A stretch of DNA of 63,928 nt, counting the filler, from Trichosphaerium sp. ATCC 40318 (Eukaryota > Protista > Tubulinea), in the NCBI GenBank assembly GCA_038496445.1. It is 4 parts of 4 records of this genome, joined end to end, with 100 filler letters (N's around TTAATTAATTAA, not from the genome) between each part and the next. Parts side by side here need not be neighbours in the genome. Positions count along the whole stretch, not along the records: positions 50,769 to 58,276 come from JALMLS010000382.1; positions 58,377 to 63,928 come from JALMLS010000557.1; 2 more parts are not named here. One strand, given 5' to 3'. Both the position numbers and the translations under genes were made by a program. The stretch's first letter is position 1; the number at the start of each line of letters is the position of its first letter. Positions 51,125 to 60,442 of the stretch are shown piece by piece. Under the pieces are notes generated by a model. The model searched no databases. It worked only from the letters and a program-made list of their open reading frames with translations, and was not told the origin of the DNA.

Positions 51125-51403
51125 TCACGCTCTGCAATGCAAGTAAAGATGTCTGATCGTTTCGAGTGCTTCATTGAGACTGGCTGAGTAAACCCGCGTC
51201 TCCAAGCCGATGAAAGTAAGATCATAGCCCCATGCGCCGTTTGGAGGTTGCCGCTGTATCAAGCGAGCTAGGCTTTCATCACCATAAAACACCATGCGGT
51301 CATGGCGCGGATCGGTATTGTACCCGGTTGGCTTATGATAAAAGTTTTTGCTGTTTCCGGTCTGCTGACCGTTGACTGATATCAGTCTTGGCTTGGGTGG
51401 CAT
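51125..51403 (-). CDS. Hypothetical protein
   Basis: 92-aa ORF with an ATG start, co-oriented with the replication module. Confidence 0.5.
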   Translation of the reverse strand: MPPKPRLISVNGQQTGNSKNFYHKPTGYNTDPRHDRMVFYGDESLARLIQRQPPNGAWGYDLTFIGLETRVYSASLNEALETIRHLYLHCRA

Positions 51404-51800
51404 TGTCTGTTCTCGTTTAAAAACTGTCAGTATCCACCTGCTGACATTTCATTTGAGTCGCTCGCATGCGTCAATGGGAATTTGGGCTCAATCTGCGTAT
51501 TTGCTCTGCTTCCAGTAAATCGGACCATTTAAGCTGGAGGAGCAATTGGATAATACTCTTGCAGACTGGGTCATGCTCTCTACAATCCGCGCTATTTCTG
51601 ATCATTTCCACTTTGCCGACTCCGATGACGCGCCATTCGCACTTGCTAAACTTTTGTCTGCCGGTTGCGATGGTTTATAGTCCGCCAATACGTTTCTTGG
51701 CATTTCGGTGAGATAGTGTGCGTGTACAGCAGCATTGAGGTGGCTTCCTTTTTCATGATTTGACCTTCACTGAATTTTGAAACAATGCAGCCGGAAGGCG

Positions 51801-51847
51801 TGCGGGACTGCGGGACTTGATTTGCGGAACCCGAAAACGGGTCCCGC
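51801..51847. promoter_or_regulatory. Candidate replication-origin iterons
   Basis: TGCGGGAC twice in tandem, TGCGGAAC, and an inverted GTCCCGC, about 35 nt downstream of the helicase stop. Confidence 0.45.
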
Positions 51848-51882
51848 GTAATGTGTTTTTTGCAATTTGTAATGCCCACTCA

Positions 51883-53121
51883 TCAACATTTCATCGCCGT
51901 CACGTGCTGCTTTGGATGCCGATCATTACCTTTTACCGAGATTTCTTGGAGATGATTTTCGTTTAGCAATTCGTCAATAAGCCTCTCGACGCGTCGCCCG
52001 GTCGCTTTTTCATTTTTATTACGGCTGCGAAAAAATTTCCCTGCATCCCAACCCAGCGCGTCGGCGATGACGTATCCCGCCCAATCGCTCGCTTGAATGT
52101 TCTTTGGGAGGGGCCCCTTGTCGCGAACAGCATCAACAGCTTTCTGTTTTTCCTCCGCGCTGAAAGCCTCGGATTGACTTTCATTGCCCTTGCAGACAGC
52201 TACACCCGCGCTGATACCATTTGAAAGGTTGATCGGCTCAATTTCCCAGATGGTCTTTTGTCCTTTCAGTCCATGGGAATTACGCTCGATTTTACAAGCG
52301 ATCTTTCCCTCCTTGCAGGTGGATAGAATGCGGGTGTGACGGGCGGCGTTCGGTATCGCGCTGGCTCCTCGTGTCGCATGAGCAACATCCGAACGGCCGC
52401 CTTGCACTGGCTTGCCTGTATGATGAACAAGCACGATTGCACAATTGCAACGGTCAGCCAGCCTCCGCAAACGTTGCATCAACCCGTTCATTGCCGTGTT
52501 GTCGTTTTCATTGAGGTTATGACAATCTACAAAAGGGTCGATCACCAGCACATCTATAGAGTTTTTAATCAGACCTTCTTCCAGCAAATTTAAACTGTCT
52601 TCTGGAGAAGAAGACGCAGTGAAATTCACGACCAAATCGTTGCGCGTTTCAAGAAACAGGCCCTTTTCCAACACATCAGGCGACACTCCGAAATGTTTGC
52701 AAGCTGCCAATAAGCTTGCATTCAACTTCGCGCGGTAGTCTTCCAATGCTAGATATAAAACCCGGCATGGTTTTGCGATCTCAGTGCCCGTGAGTGGAAG
52801 GCCGGAAACCAGCGCGACGATCTCAGTGGTAACAATGGCGCTTTTACCAACATTGCCCTCTCCAACAATGAGAGACACATATTTGCGTACATACGCATCC
52901 CCCATCAATTTCTGCACGGTCTGAGGATTTTTAGCTTCATTAGCGTTGAGTGGGCGTAAGTTAGATAGGTCACGGTGTCCGCTAAGTGTTGAGCTTGCCA
53001 GCAAAGCGGACCGAACATGCCGAGATTTTTCCGATACTATTTCTTCAGCTGCAGGAGAGCGAGAACTCACGGCGCCACTCTTTATGTTAAGGAGATTACT
53101 CATGCCCCGCACTCCAATCAT
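51883..53121 (-). CDS. AAA_25 / RepA-like SF4 replicative helicase
   Basis: Walker A GEGNVGKS, VLYLALED, Walker B VLVIDP, ENDN..M, IVLVHHTGK, RGASA. Confidence 0.92.
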   Translation of the reverse strand: MIGVRGMSNLLNIKSGAVSSRSPAAEEIVSEKSRHVRSALLASSTLSGHRDLSNLRPLNANEAKNPQTVQKLMGDAYVRKYVSLIVGEGNVGKSAIVTTEIVALVSGLPLTGTEIAKPCRVLYLALEDYRAKLNASLLAACKHFGVSPDVLEKGLFLETRNDLVVNFTASSSPEDSLNLLEEGLIKNSIDVLVIDPFVDCHNLNENDNTAMNGLMQRLRRLADRCNCAIVLVHHTGKPVQGGRSDVAHATRGASAIPNAARHTRILSTCKEGKIACKIERNSHGLKGQKTIWEIEPINLSNGISAGVAVCKGNESQSEAFSAEEKQKAVDAVRDKGPLPKNIQASDWAGYVIADALGWDAGKFFRSRNKNEKATGRRVERLIDELLNENHLQEISVKGNDRHPKQHVTAMKC

Positions 53122-54235
53122 TCAGCAGATCGTTGAAATCTGTTCCAAGCTGATTAGGTGTGTAAATCTTTACCTCGCACCCATTCTTTTCCCAGCGTCT
53201 GCCCAGCACATCAGCCGCAAGCTCTCCAGCACGGCTTGGATCATTGTCGGCATAAATTCTCAGCAGCTTAACACCTTCGATGTACGACAATTTGCGCATT
53301 CCAGATGTCCCAGCGAGAGCGTAAACATTTTTGCACCCATAGAGCAGAACAACGGAAAGAGCGGTTTCGAAGCCTTCCGCTACAGCTAGCTCATTTGGGG
53401 TTTTATTGCTACTGCAGCTCAACAAACTTATGACGCCAGAGCGTCCATATGATCTTCGCGCTAACTTCAAGCCTTGAGCATTAAGGAAAGTTCGTTCGAT
53501 TCCGCAAAACTCGCCAGTAACAGCATCGGTCATGTATGTGACCATGCAGCCATCGGCGCCACCAATATCAGCTGTGTGACCAGGTAACCAGCGTACTATA
53601 TTGATAGCAGATGGAGGTAATAGATTGCCGGCCAATCTGTTTTTAAGATAAAATTCGGCAGGTGAGTTGTGAATGGGCGCTGCCTGATGCCAAAAACGTT
53701 GAGCCGATCGAATGCGTTTTTCAGAGTTGAGATCGGGTATGGCGCTGGTTTTAGCTGCTAGGCCCGCCATCGATGCCGGCTGTTGTTTGGATATACCGTA
53801 AGGCTTGTAACCGCTAAGTTGCGATACAATCTCCCTTGCGTCTTTGAAACGAAGTCCAGCTGCAAATTGCATGAGAGCAAACATATCACCGCGATTGCCA
53901 GATTCGTAACACTTCCATCTTCCCGTATGTGGACCAGCAATCGTGACCTGCATGGAACCCTTACGCCCAAAACGTAATTCGGTTGCAGATCGTGCCGTCG
54001 GAGTGCCAAAGAGGTGAGTGGCGATGAGCTCGGCGGCACAGTCAGCTGCTTGCCGTTCCGCATCGCAAAGAAGCTGAAAGCCAGAGCTTGAACCCTTTAA
54101 CCGCAATGCTTTTGAGTCAGTTTGAGGTTGATAGTTTGGCGAAAATTGAGTATGGTTTCTCATCGATACGGCTCGTAAATCTGTGTTGAAAAGCAGCTCC
54201 CTTAAGAGCTTCAAAGCCCCGCAGTGTTCGCCCAC
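53096..54235 (-). CDS. Toprim-domain primase with an N-terminal primase-type DNA-binding domain (true start possibly 54163)
   Basis: ELRFGRKGS...GRWKCYESGNRGD; YLKNR; VAEGFETALS; IYADNDPSRAG; GTDFNDLL. Confidence 0.9.
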   Translation of the reverse strand: MGEHCGALKLLRELLFNTDLRAVSMRNHTQFSPNYQPQTDSKALRLKGSSSGFQLLCDAERQAADCAAELIATHLFGTPTARSATELRFGRKGSMQVTIAGPHTGRWKCYESGNRGDMFALMQFAAGLRFKDAREIVSQLSGYKPYGISKQQPASMAGLAAKTSAIPDLNSEKRIRSAQRFWHQAAPIHNSPAEFYLKNRLAGNLLPPSAINIVRWLPGHTADIGGADGCMVTYMTDAVTGEFCGIERTFLNAQGLKLARRSYGRSGVISLLSCSSNKTPNELAVAEGFETALSVVLLYGCKNVYALAGTSGMRKLSYIEGVKLLRIYADNDPSRAGELAADVLGRRWEKNGCEVKIYTPNQLGTDFNDLLNDWSAGHE

Positions 54236-54248
54236 TGTCGGGGTTTTT
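54213..54248. terminator. Strong hairpin between xis and primase (terminator/attenuator-like)
   Basis: AAAGCCCCG-CAGTG-ttcgcc-CACTG-T-CGGGGTTTTTT. Confidence 0.5.
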
Positions 54249-54253
54249 TAGTT

Positions 54254-54481
54254 TCAAGCGACCGTGTAGAGCCCATCGATGTAGGCTTCTAGGTCGCGAG
54301 TGCGGATGAGGGTTCGATCACCTAGTTTGAAGGTGGGAAGCCGACCAGAATTGATTTCTTGGTAAAGCTTAGTGCGGCCAATGCCGATGGATTTTCTGGC
54401 TTCGTTGATTGTGTAAGCCATTTTTTCGGGTGTATTCTTGCTCATGATGATCGTCTTTCTTGTTCGTGAGATGTTCTTCAT
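54254..54481 (-). CDS. Excisionase-family helix-turn-helix protein (HTH_17/AlpA-like)
   Basis: AYTINEARKSIGIGRTKLYQEINSGRLPTFKLGDRTLIRTRDLEAYID. Confidence 0.92.
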   Translation of the reverse strand: MKNISRTRKTIIMSKNTPEKMAYTINEARKSIGIGRTKLYQEINSGRLPTFKLGDRTLIRTRDLEAYIDGLYTVA

Positions 54482-54519
54482 GAGTGTCTGAGTTCATTCA
54501 ATCAGTCACTGTAGCTAAA

Positions 54520-55080
54520 TCAACCAATTGTTTGCAGCGCTGGGAAGCCGTTCAAAATGCTAACGATTTCTTCCTTTGATAGGCTGTTCTCCGCCGCCAG
54601 TTCAGCTATTGCATCATTGCGGTCATACTCGTCATGCATAACTAGCTTTATGAAAGCACATGCGAGATTTGTGCGAAATCTCTCTTCCGGCGGTCGGTAT
54701 TTTCCCAGCTCGCCGAGAGCTTTTATCTCAGAATAATATCCCGAGACCGTTCGCTCGGATAAGCCAAATTCGCGAGCCACCATTTCGCTCACAACTGTGA
54801 AACGGTCTTCGCATCCTTCCATTTCGATCATCAGATCGCGAAATCGTCTAGCAATGAGAAGTTGAACGATACCAAGAACAAGATTCTTCGGCGCTCCTCT
54901 TGGCTTTGGTAGTATTTCTTTTGAAAGCGTGGCCAGATAAATGCGCGCCGCCGGTTGGTTCAAATCCAAAGTACTATCATCAGAAAGTGCATTTAACGCC
55001 TCCGAGATTAAACGGGCTCTATCTTTTTGAGTGGAAACTTTTGCTAATTTTTTTCGAAAGCGTCCATTAGGCGTGAGCAA
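54520..55080 (-). CDS. Hypothetical DNA-binding protein (AT-hook-like KPRGAPK plus HTH-like segment)
   Basis: VAREFGLSERTVSGYY is HTH-like; position lies between the integrase remnant and xis. Confidence 0.6.
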   Translation of the reverse strand: MLTPNGRFRKKLAKVSTQKDRARLISEALNALSDDSTLDLNQPAARIYLATLSKEILPKPRGAPKNLVLGIVQLLIARRFRDLMIEMEGCEDRFTVVSEMVAREFGLSERTVSGYYSEIKALGELGKYRPPEERFRTNLACAFIKLVMHDEYDRNDAIAELAAENSLSKEEIVSILNGFPALQTIG

Positions 55081-55299
55081 GAATTGTCAACGAAAGTCTT
55101 TGTTCCATCAGGATGGATCATATGAAAATCCATCAAGTTCACGCCTTCTACGGGTTTTTTAGCCATTCAAATGCTCCACGTTACCTGTCTCAACACCAGA
55201 ACAGTAGCCTTCTCAAGCGGTCAATAGTACTCTTAGCTGTACAAGCGCATCGCCGCGCCGATAGGCTTGTTCCACGGCGTTTCCGAAAGTGTGAGCAAG

Positions 55300-55441
55300 G
55301 AGGCTTCGGAGATCTCGTAAGGAAAGCGCGTTTCAACGCCGTAGCCATATTTGAAAGAGGGCGATTTGAACGATTACCCGGAAACACAAATACATCGGTG
55401 CGCGTTTCATGAAGGCTTTTAAGTCCGTTTTCAACTCTCAT
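55300..55441 (-). pseudogene. P4-like tyrosine integrase remnant
   Basis: DVFVFPGNRSNRPLSNMA is the typical segment preceding HxxR in P4-type integrases; the rest of the gene is missing. Confidence 0.55.
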
Positions 55442-55554
55442 TCAGAATTAGAACAAAAGTCGATGGGAACTACATTCATGGTTCAATGAAGGTGTTCGAC
55501 TGGGATGCAAAAACAGCCTAAGTCAAACCGGCAAGTGAAAGTCCTGCGCGGCAA

Positions 55555-56976
55555 TTATTCGGTGCACACCTCATCAGACAAATACGTTTCAGATAGTGCA
55601 AATTCCGTACGAATAAAATGTCGGGCAAGCGCCTTCATAATATCAGCCGCTATACTGAGACGTCGTATCTCTTCTGATGCGTCCCCATCTGATGGGTAAT
55701 CTTTTGCGGCATGTGCTGTCGCCACTCGGCAATTTCTGTAAACGTACTCCTCAACGCTGACATCTTGCCGGTCCTCATGAAATTGCTTCAAAACTTCTGC
55801 CCGAACGCTTGTGCAAGCTTTATCAAAAACTTCAGCAATCCAACGTTTCGCTGCTTTTCCATCTTTGCGCCTCATCTCGAAGACCTTGAAGAAACTGAGC
55901 ACTTCAAAAGTTGCGATACCAGCTTCTGCCGCGTTTAATCCTTCGCGATAATAAGCAAGGCAATTCAAAAGTTCTTGGTCTTCGGGCATCGATCGATAGA
56001 ACATCCATGGTGACATGGTCATCAAGCCCATATTGCGACGTGGTACAGGAACCGGTACGGGGTTGCCCGACCATCCATCACGCAAGATAGCGCATCGATT
56101 ATCGCACCAACTCAGTAAGCTTAAAAATCGATTGAGAAGGGTCCGTGCTGTTTCATGAGTCAGCCGCTCTGCATAAAGATCGATGCTGATTGAATAGGAC
56201 GTTTCTTTGGTCTTGGGGAATAGAACAAACCAATGGCCACCAAACTCAACTCGGGTTGGGTCACTAGGCCATGTGACATTTGTGTCAACACCCAAGTTTA
56301 GGAACCGAGAGCTGTTCTTGGCACCAAGGCTCTTGTGAAAAGCATTGAGTTCTTCTTCTATTTCGTATTCCTGCCAATCCGTCTTCAACGGCTTGTTCCA
56401 GTGGCGGGATAGATCGACGTCTCTTTTCAATTCCCAGAAAAAGTCTCTGCTGAGCATAAGTTGGCGCGTATTGGAAGAAAGTGGACGTTCATGATCATAA
56501 ATCTCTTTAGCACCTTCATCTGTGGACCTTGTAGCATATTTTGACACATATGCTGAGGAGTAGCGTTCACCCTTGTCCTCAAAAACCAAACGCCCCTGAT
56601 ACTCATCGTTCCTTGGTATTCGTGCGATTGACAGAGTGAGATGGATGAGTGAATTGCAGCTTTTTTCATCGTCGAGAAGTGCGGCAATCGCTGCTTTGAA
56701 AGACGTTGCGTTTTGAAACGATGCTGTTGGTCCACCAACTGGACGAAGATCGCTCATGATGAGCGCAACATGACCCGCCCGTCCTGGAAGGGTTGGGATA
56801 AATCCCAGAATAGCGCTTGCAATTTCTTCATTGGTCAAACGAACGCCGGCCCTATCTCGGCCGCGTGGCAGTTGGCCGTAGCCGCGCAGAGATTCAAATC
56901 GTTTCAGCGTATTTTCATAGCCATCTTGTTCTGAAAGCCAGCGATGAAGTAGGAGTGATAGATTTTTTGCGTACAT
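55555..56976 (-). CDS. MauJ/ApeA-like HEPN-fold protein with an extra N-terminal HTH-like domain
   Basis: LAYYREGLNA...VLSFFKVFE...YVYRNCRVATAHA (Rx4H); middle domain LLNRFLSLLSW; N-terminal LRGYGQLPRGRDRAGVRLTNEEIA. Confidence 0.75.
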   Translation of the reverse strand: MYAKNLSLLLHRWLSEQDGYENTLKRFESLRGYGQLPRGRDRAGVRLTNEEIASAILGFIPTLPGRAGHVALIMSDLRPVGGPTASFQNATSFKAAIAALLDDEKSCNSLIHLTLSIARIPRNDEYQGRLVFEDKGERYSSAYVSKYATRSTDEGAKEIYDHERPLSSNTRQLMLSRDFFWELKRDVDLSRHWNKPLKTDWQEYEIEEELNAFHKSLGAKNSSRFLNLGVDTNVTWPSDPTRVEFGGHWFVLFPKTKETSYSISIDLYAERLTHETARTLLNRFLSLLSWCDNRCAILRDGWSGNPVPVPVPRRNMGLMTMSPWMFYRSMPEDQELLNCLAYYREGLNAAEAGIATFEVLSFFKVFEMRRKDGKAAKRWIAEVFDKACTSVRAEVLKQFHEDRQDVSVEEYVYRNCRVATAHAAKDYPSDGDASEEIRRLSIAADIMKALARHFIRTEFALSETYLSDEVCTE

Positions 56977-57063
56977 GACTGATCGTTATGCTGAATTGCT
57001 CAAAACATCTATCAAGTATAAGTTGAAGTTTCGGGGCCTATCAAAATTTAGAGGCGCTGTTCC

Positions 57064-57243
57064 ATGCGTTATTTATCATCTTTGTTGCTTCCATTCTTAT
57101 TTCTATCACCGGCACTGGCCGAAGAACTGCGCATTGTGAACATTCGAGTAGGGCAGGGCGATGCAACTTTGATCCAAGGCCCAGCGGATGCAAGTGGCGA
57201 GCGTTTAAATGTTCTATTTGATGGTGGCTCATCTCCAAGATGA
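57064..57243 (+). pseudogene. 5' fragment of a secreted ComEC/Rec2-type metallo-beta-lactamase-fold hydrolase
   Basis: Signal peptide plus LRIVNIRVGQGDATLIQGP...VLFDGG, then a premature stop; too short for the ORF track. Confidence 0.7.
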
Positions 57244-57889
57244 AATCTCGCGAACGGGCATCGTGTCCCTCAAGGCCCACCGTCGAATAATGCTCAAAAA
57301 TCTCATGTTTATCACTCCAATTACCCCCGACACATCTGTCAGGGGCAAGGTTGAACATGTGTCGGTTCTCAGTGACAATTTTGATCTCTACCGGGTCAGT
57401 TCTGAGTGACATTCAACACTCAGCAGAACCAAAATGAAAATATGACGAGGTCTGGACTTGATTGAACGATTTAATTTGGGCTTTTGATTATTGGCTTTTT
57501 TTTGATTCAACAAGCATGGCAGAATAGTCACCATCAGGTTTTGCTGCATGAGCTGATTGTTCTAGTTTTGAGTTGAAATCTGCGCTGTCGCTTGGTTTTA
57601 ATTCTGTTATGTCGATTGCTTTGTAAAAACCATACGAGCATAAGAGGTGCATCAGCCGCAGACTTCGAACGAAAAATGGCTTAAACCAGAACTGGATGCG
57701 GAATTAAAACGGGACAAGTCCAGATTTAGAGGCAAAACTGGAAGTATGAGAGCAGTTTTACAACCTTCACAGACCGCATGGCGCATTCAAAGGAAAAACA
57801 CCCTATGAGGCCCTCAGAGAAAAGCTAAAGTAGCTAAAACTGATGTCTCGCCGGTAACAGCACCTTACACCTTTGCAAAATAGATATTG

Positions 57890-58276
57890 TCACGATAATT
57901 GCGGTGTAAAATGCTGCAAAACGTCTAAACCTACCTTTGTCGAAACCTGTTTGATTAGGTCTGAAGAAAATTTTTCAAAGTCTGGAATTCTATTCCCATC
58001 TTCTAGAGAATAGTATGCTTGTAATTGGCAATAGCATTCTATTTTGTCCATCTCGTTTGCAACGCGCGCGTTTATGGTGTTTTTCGCAGAGAATTCTATA
58101 AAGTCGGATTGAACATGACTTGAGTAAGGTGATATTTGTCCACCCTTATTCAATCGAGATAGCAGTGTTATTTTTCGGACGAAATTAGCTTCAGCCGCTC
58201 TATCACTGTCAGATTTATGAAAGCTTGGAATGTCGCCAGTACCATACTCACCGATATCATGTATGGCTAACATGCG
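57890..58276 (-). CDS. HD-domain hydrolase (YfbR/HD_3-like), 5' end cut by the contig end
   Basis: MLAIHDIGEYGTGDIP...E...NARVANEMDKIE. Confidence 0.8.
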   Translation of the reverse strand, partial: RMLAIHDIGEYGTGDIPSFHKSDSDRAAEANFVRKITLLSRLNKGGQISPYSSHVQSDFIEFSAKNTINARVANEMDKIECYCQLQAYYSLEDGNRIPDFEKFSSDLIKQVSTKVGLDVLQHFTPQLS

Positions 58277-58376
58277 NNNNNNNNNNNNNNNNNNNNNNNN
58301 NNNNNNNNNNNNNNNNNNNNTTAATTAATTAANNNNNNNNNNNNNNNNNNNNNNNNNNNNNNNNNNNNNNNNNNNN
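58277..58376. other. Artificial contig linker
   Basis: 44 N + TTAATTAATTAA + 44 N. Confidence 0.99.
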
Positions 58377-58780
58377 GCCATTTACATGCATTCTTCGTGA
58401 TTGCCGGCGGTATTTTGGCCGGCCTGGGCGGTATCAGCCTCTCCATATGGGATGGCATTTGGGCGACGGTGGGCGTGGTCGCCCTGATTGGTATGGGCCA
58501 TGCGCTTAGCATCTCCCCGCAGCTTGCGCTCGTGCAAAACATCATCCTCAAAAGCACGACAACCTCTTCGCCTGCCACGGGATTAAGCCTGTTTCGTTTT
58601 CTCGAGCGGATGGGCAACGTGCTTGGCCCGCTTATTGCCGGAAGCCTTGCGACCGTTTACAGCGTCGAAACAGCTGTAATTATTATAGGTATGATCGGTT
58701 TGATTGGCGCAATTTCCTTCTGGATTGTTGCCGGGCCCGGAATGCTGATGGCGGCCCTCAACGAAACGGGGGACAAGTAA
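58377..58780 (+). CDS. MFS transporter, C-terminal TM helices (partial)
   Basis: Four TM helices with LFRFLERMGNVLGPLIAG; the stop overlaps the next start (TAATG). Confidence 0.8.
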
Positions 58781-60442
58781 TGTTGCTGCGTAACCGTCTG
58801 AGCATCTTTTCATGCATTTGTTTGCTAATCGTCTCATGCAGCCTTTATTGGGCATTCACCTATCGCGAGAAATTGCTTCAGATCGAATTTGGTCGTTCTG
58901 CAGCGCTTCAGCAAAACAGCCTCTGGAGCAAGGTTGTTGATGGCGCAGTCCTTTCGCTATCGGACAAGATCTGGCTCCTGCGCGAAAACGTTGCCTTGCG
59001 TGACGCTCTGGCCATTAACGACTCCCGCGATATACATTCAGCGGCACGCGAGATCACACGTGTTGGCATTACTGAGAATACGTATTTCGATCGGATCGAG
59101 ATTTATCAGCCGGACGGCCAGTTGGCCTACACCTCCGAAGCCAGCTATTTCCCAAGCCCGCTCATTAACCACGACCAACTTTTCCTTCTGGCAAATGGTG
59201 TTCGCAAACGCTTTACAGGCGTTTCCGTTACCCGCAACCGTCAGACATTCCTGGCCATCGCCGTTCCCCTTCCCTATGGCATGGACAAGAACCCGGTTGC
59301 GATTGTCGCAATTCAGCTTGAACGTTTGCTTGACGAACTCTCCGAATTGCAGGAAAGCGAAACGCTGCTGATCAATCGTCGCGGTCGATATCTAAGCGGC
59401 CAGAACCAAGCCCTGTGGCAAGAAATCGGCAATGCCGTCCAGTACGGAACATCTACCGAGGAACGCATCCAGTCCAACGACAAAATGTATGGTGTTACCA
59501 GCAATCCGGTTCTTGGTTTTACAGAACAAGCCGGCTACGTCGTTAGCGTTCAGGACATAAGCGAGAGTGTTTACACATTCGCTCAATTTGAGCGCATTGT
59601 TTTTATTGGAACAATTCTATTTTTGGTCGCAGCTGCCTTCGGGTTATGGCTATATATCCGGCGATCGCTCAACCCACTTGAAGGGGTCATCGGTGTACTG
59701 GCCGGTGTAGCACAAGGTGACTTTTCGCGGCATCTTGAACGCACCCACAGCGACGATGAAGTTGGTCAGATTTCATCTGCAATTGTCAAACTACGCACCG
59801 ACCTGATGCGTTTGGATCGCATGACACGTTCACGCCGCAAACGTAGTCAACGCCAGGCGCGGGTCATTCGTGATCAAATGACTGAACTTGCCGAAACACT
59901 TGATGAAGACGCACGCAACGAAATACTGGATGATCTTTCCGGATCGAGGAACGACTTGCGACCAATGGTACCGATGCAGAGAACGAAGACGTCAAGTCCG
60001 CAAGCGAGCTTGCGGTTGTTACCCTTACTCTTAGCAGCCTCAAGGAACGCATCCATCAACAGCACGGCACATTGCAAACAACGATTTCTGAACTCGAAGA
60101 TGCGCTGAAATCAAAAACCGCTTATCTGTCCCTGCAACAGGAACTTGATATCGCAAAACGTGTCCAGTTGGCCATGCTGCCCGACGACATGCCTCCCAGT
60201 CCGCAACTTGATATTGTTGGCCAGATGGTTCCGGCAAAAGACGTTGGTGGCGACTTCTATGACTTCTTCTATCTGGATGATAATCGACTTGCGGTCGTTG
60301 TCGCCGATGTATCTGGCAAGGGTGTCCCGGCCGCACTATTCATGGCAATTACCCGTTCGATCATGCGTGCCATTGCACCGGAGTTTAATTCACCAGCCGA
60401 CTGTATTGCAGCCCTGAACAATGCGCTTTGCCAAAACAATAG
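58780..60442 (+). CDS. Membrane sensor: Cache-like domain, HAMP, coiled coil, SpoIIE/RsbU PP2C phosphatase (frameshift near 59940 is a likely read error; truncated at the fold-back)
   Basis: Two TMs, HAMP (GDFSRHL...DDEVGQI), ELDIAKRVQLAMLP, DVGGDFYDFF, VVADVSGKGVPAALFMA. Confidence 0.88.

Larger units (their letters stand above)
51125..55441 (-). mobile_element. Phage-satellite-like integrative element core (integrase remnant, HTH, xis, primase, helicase)
   Basis: Co-oriented gene order typical of P4/PICI-like alphaproteobacterial islands; no capsid genes on this contig. Confidence 0.7.

Noticed and set aside
59930-59950. Programmed frameshift between the sensor and phosphatase halves
   Set aside because: Copy 2 has the extra C and reads through, and other indels vary between copies, so error is the simpler explanation. 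Two of three copies lack the base, so reads should be checked.
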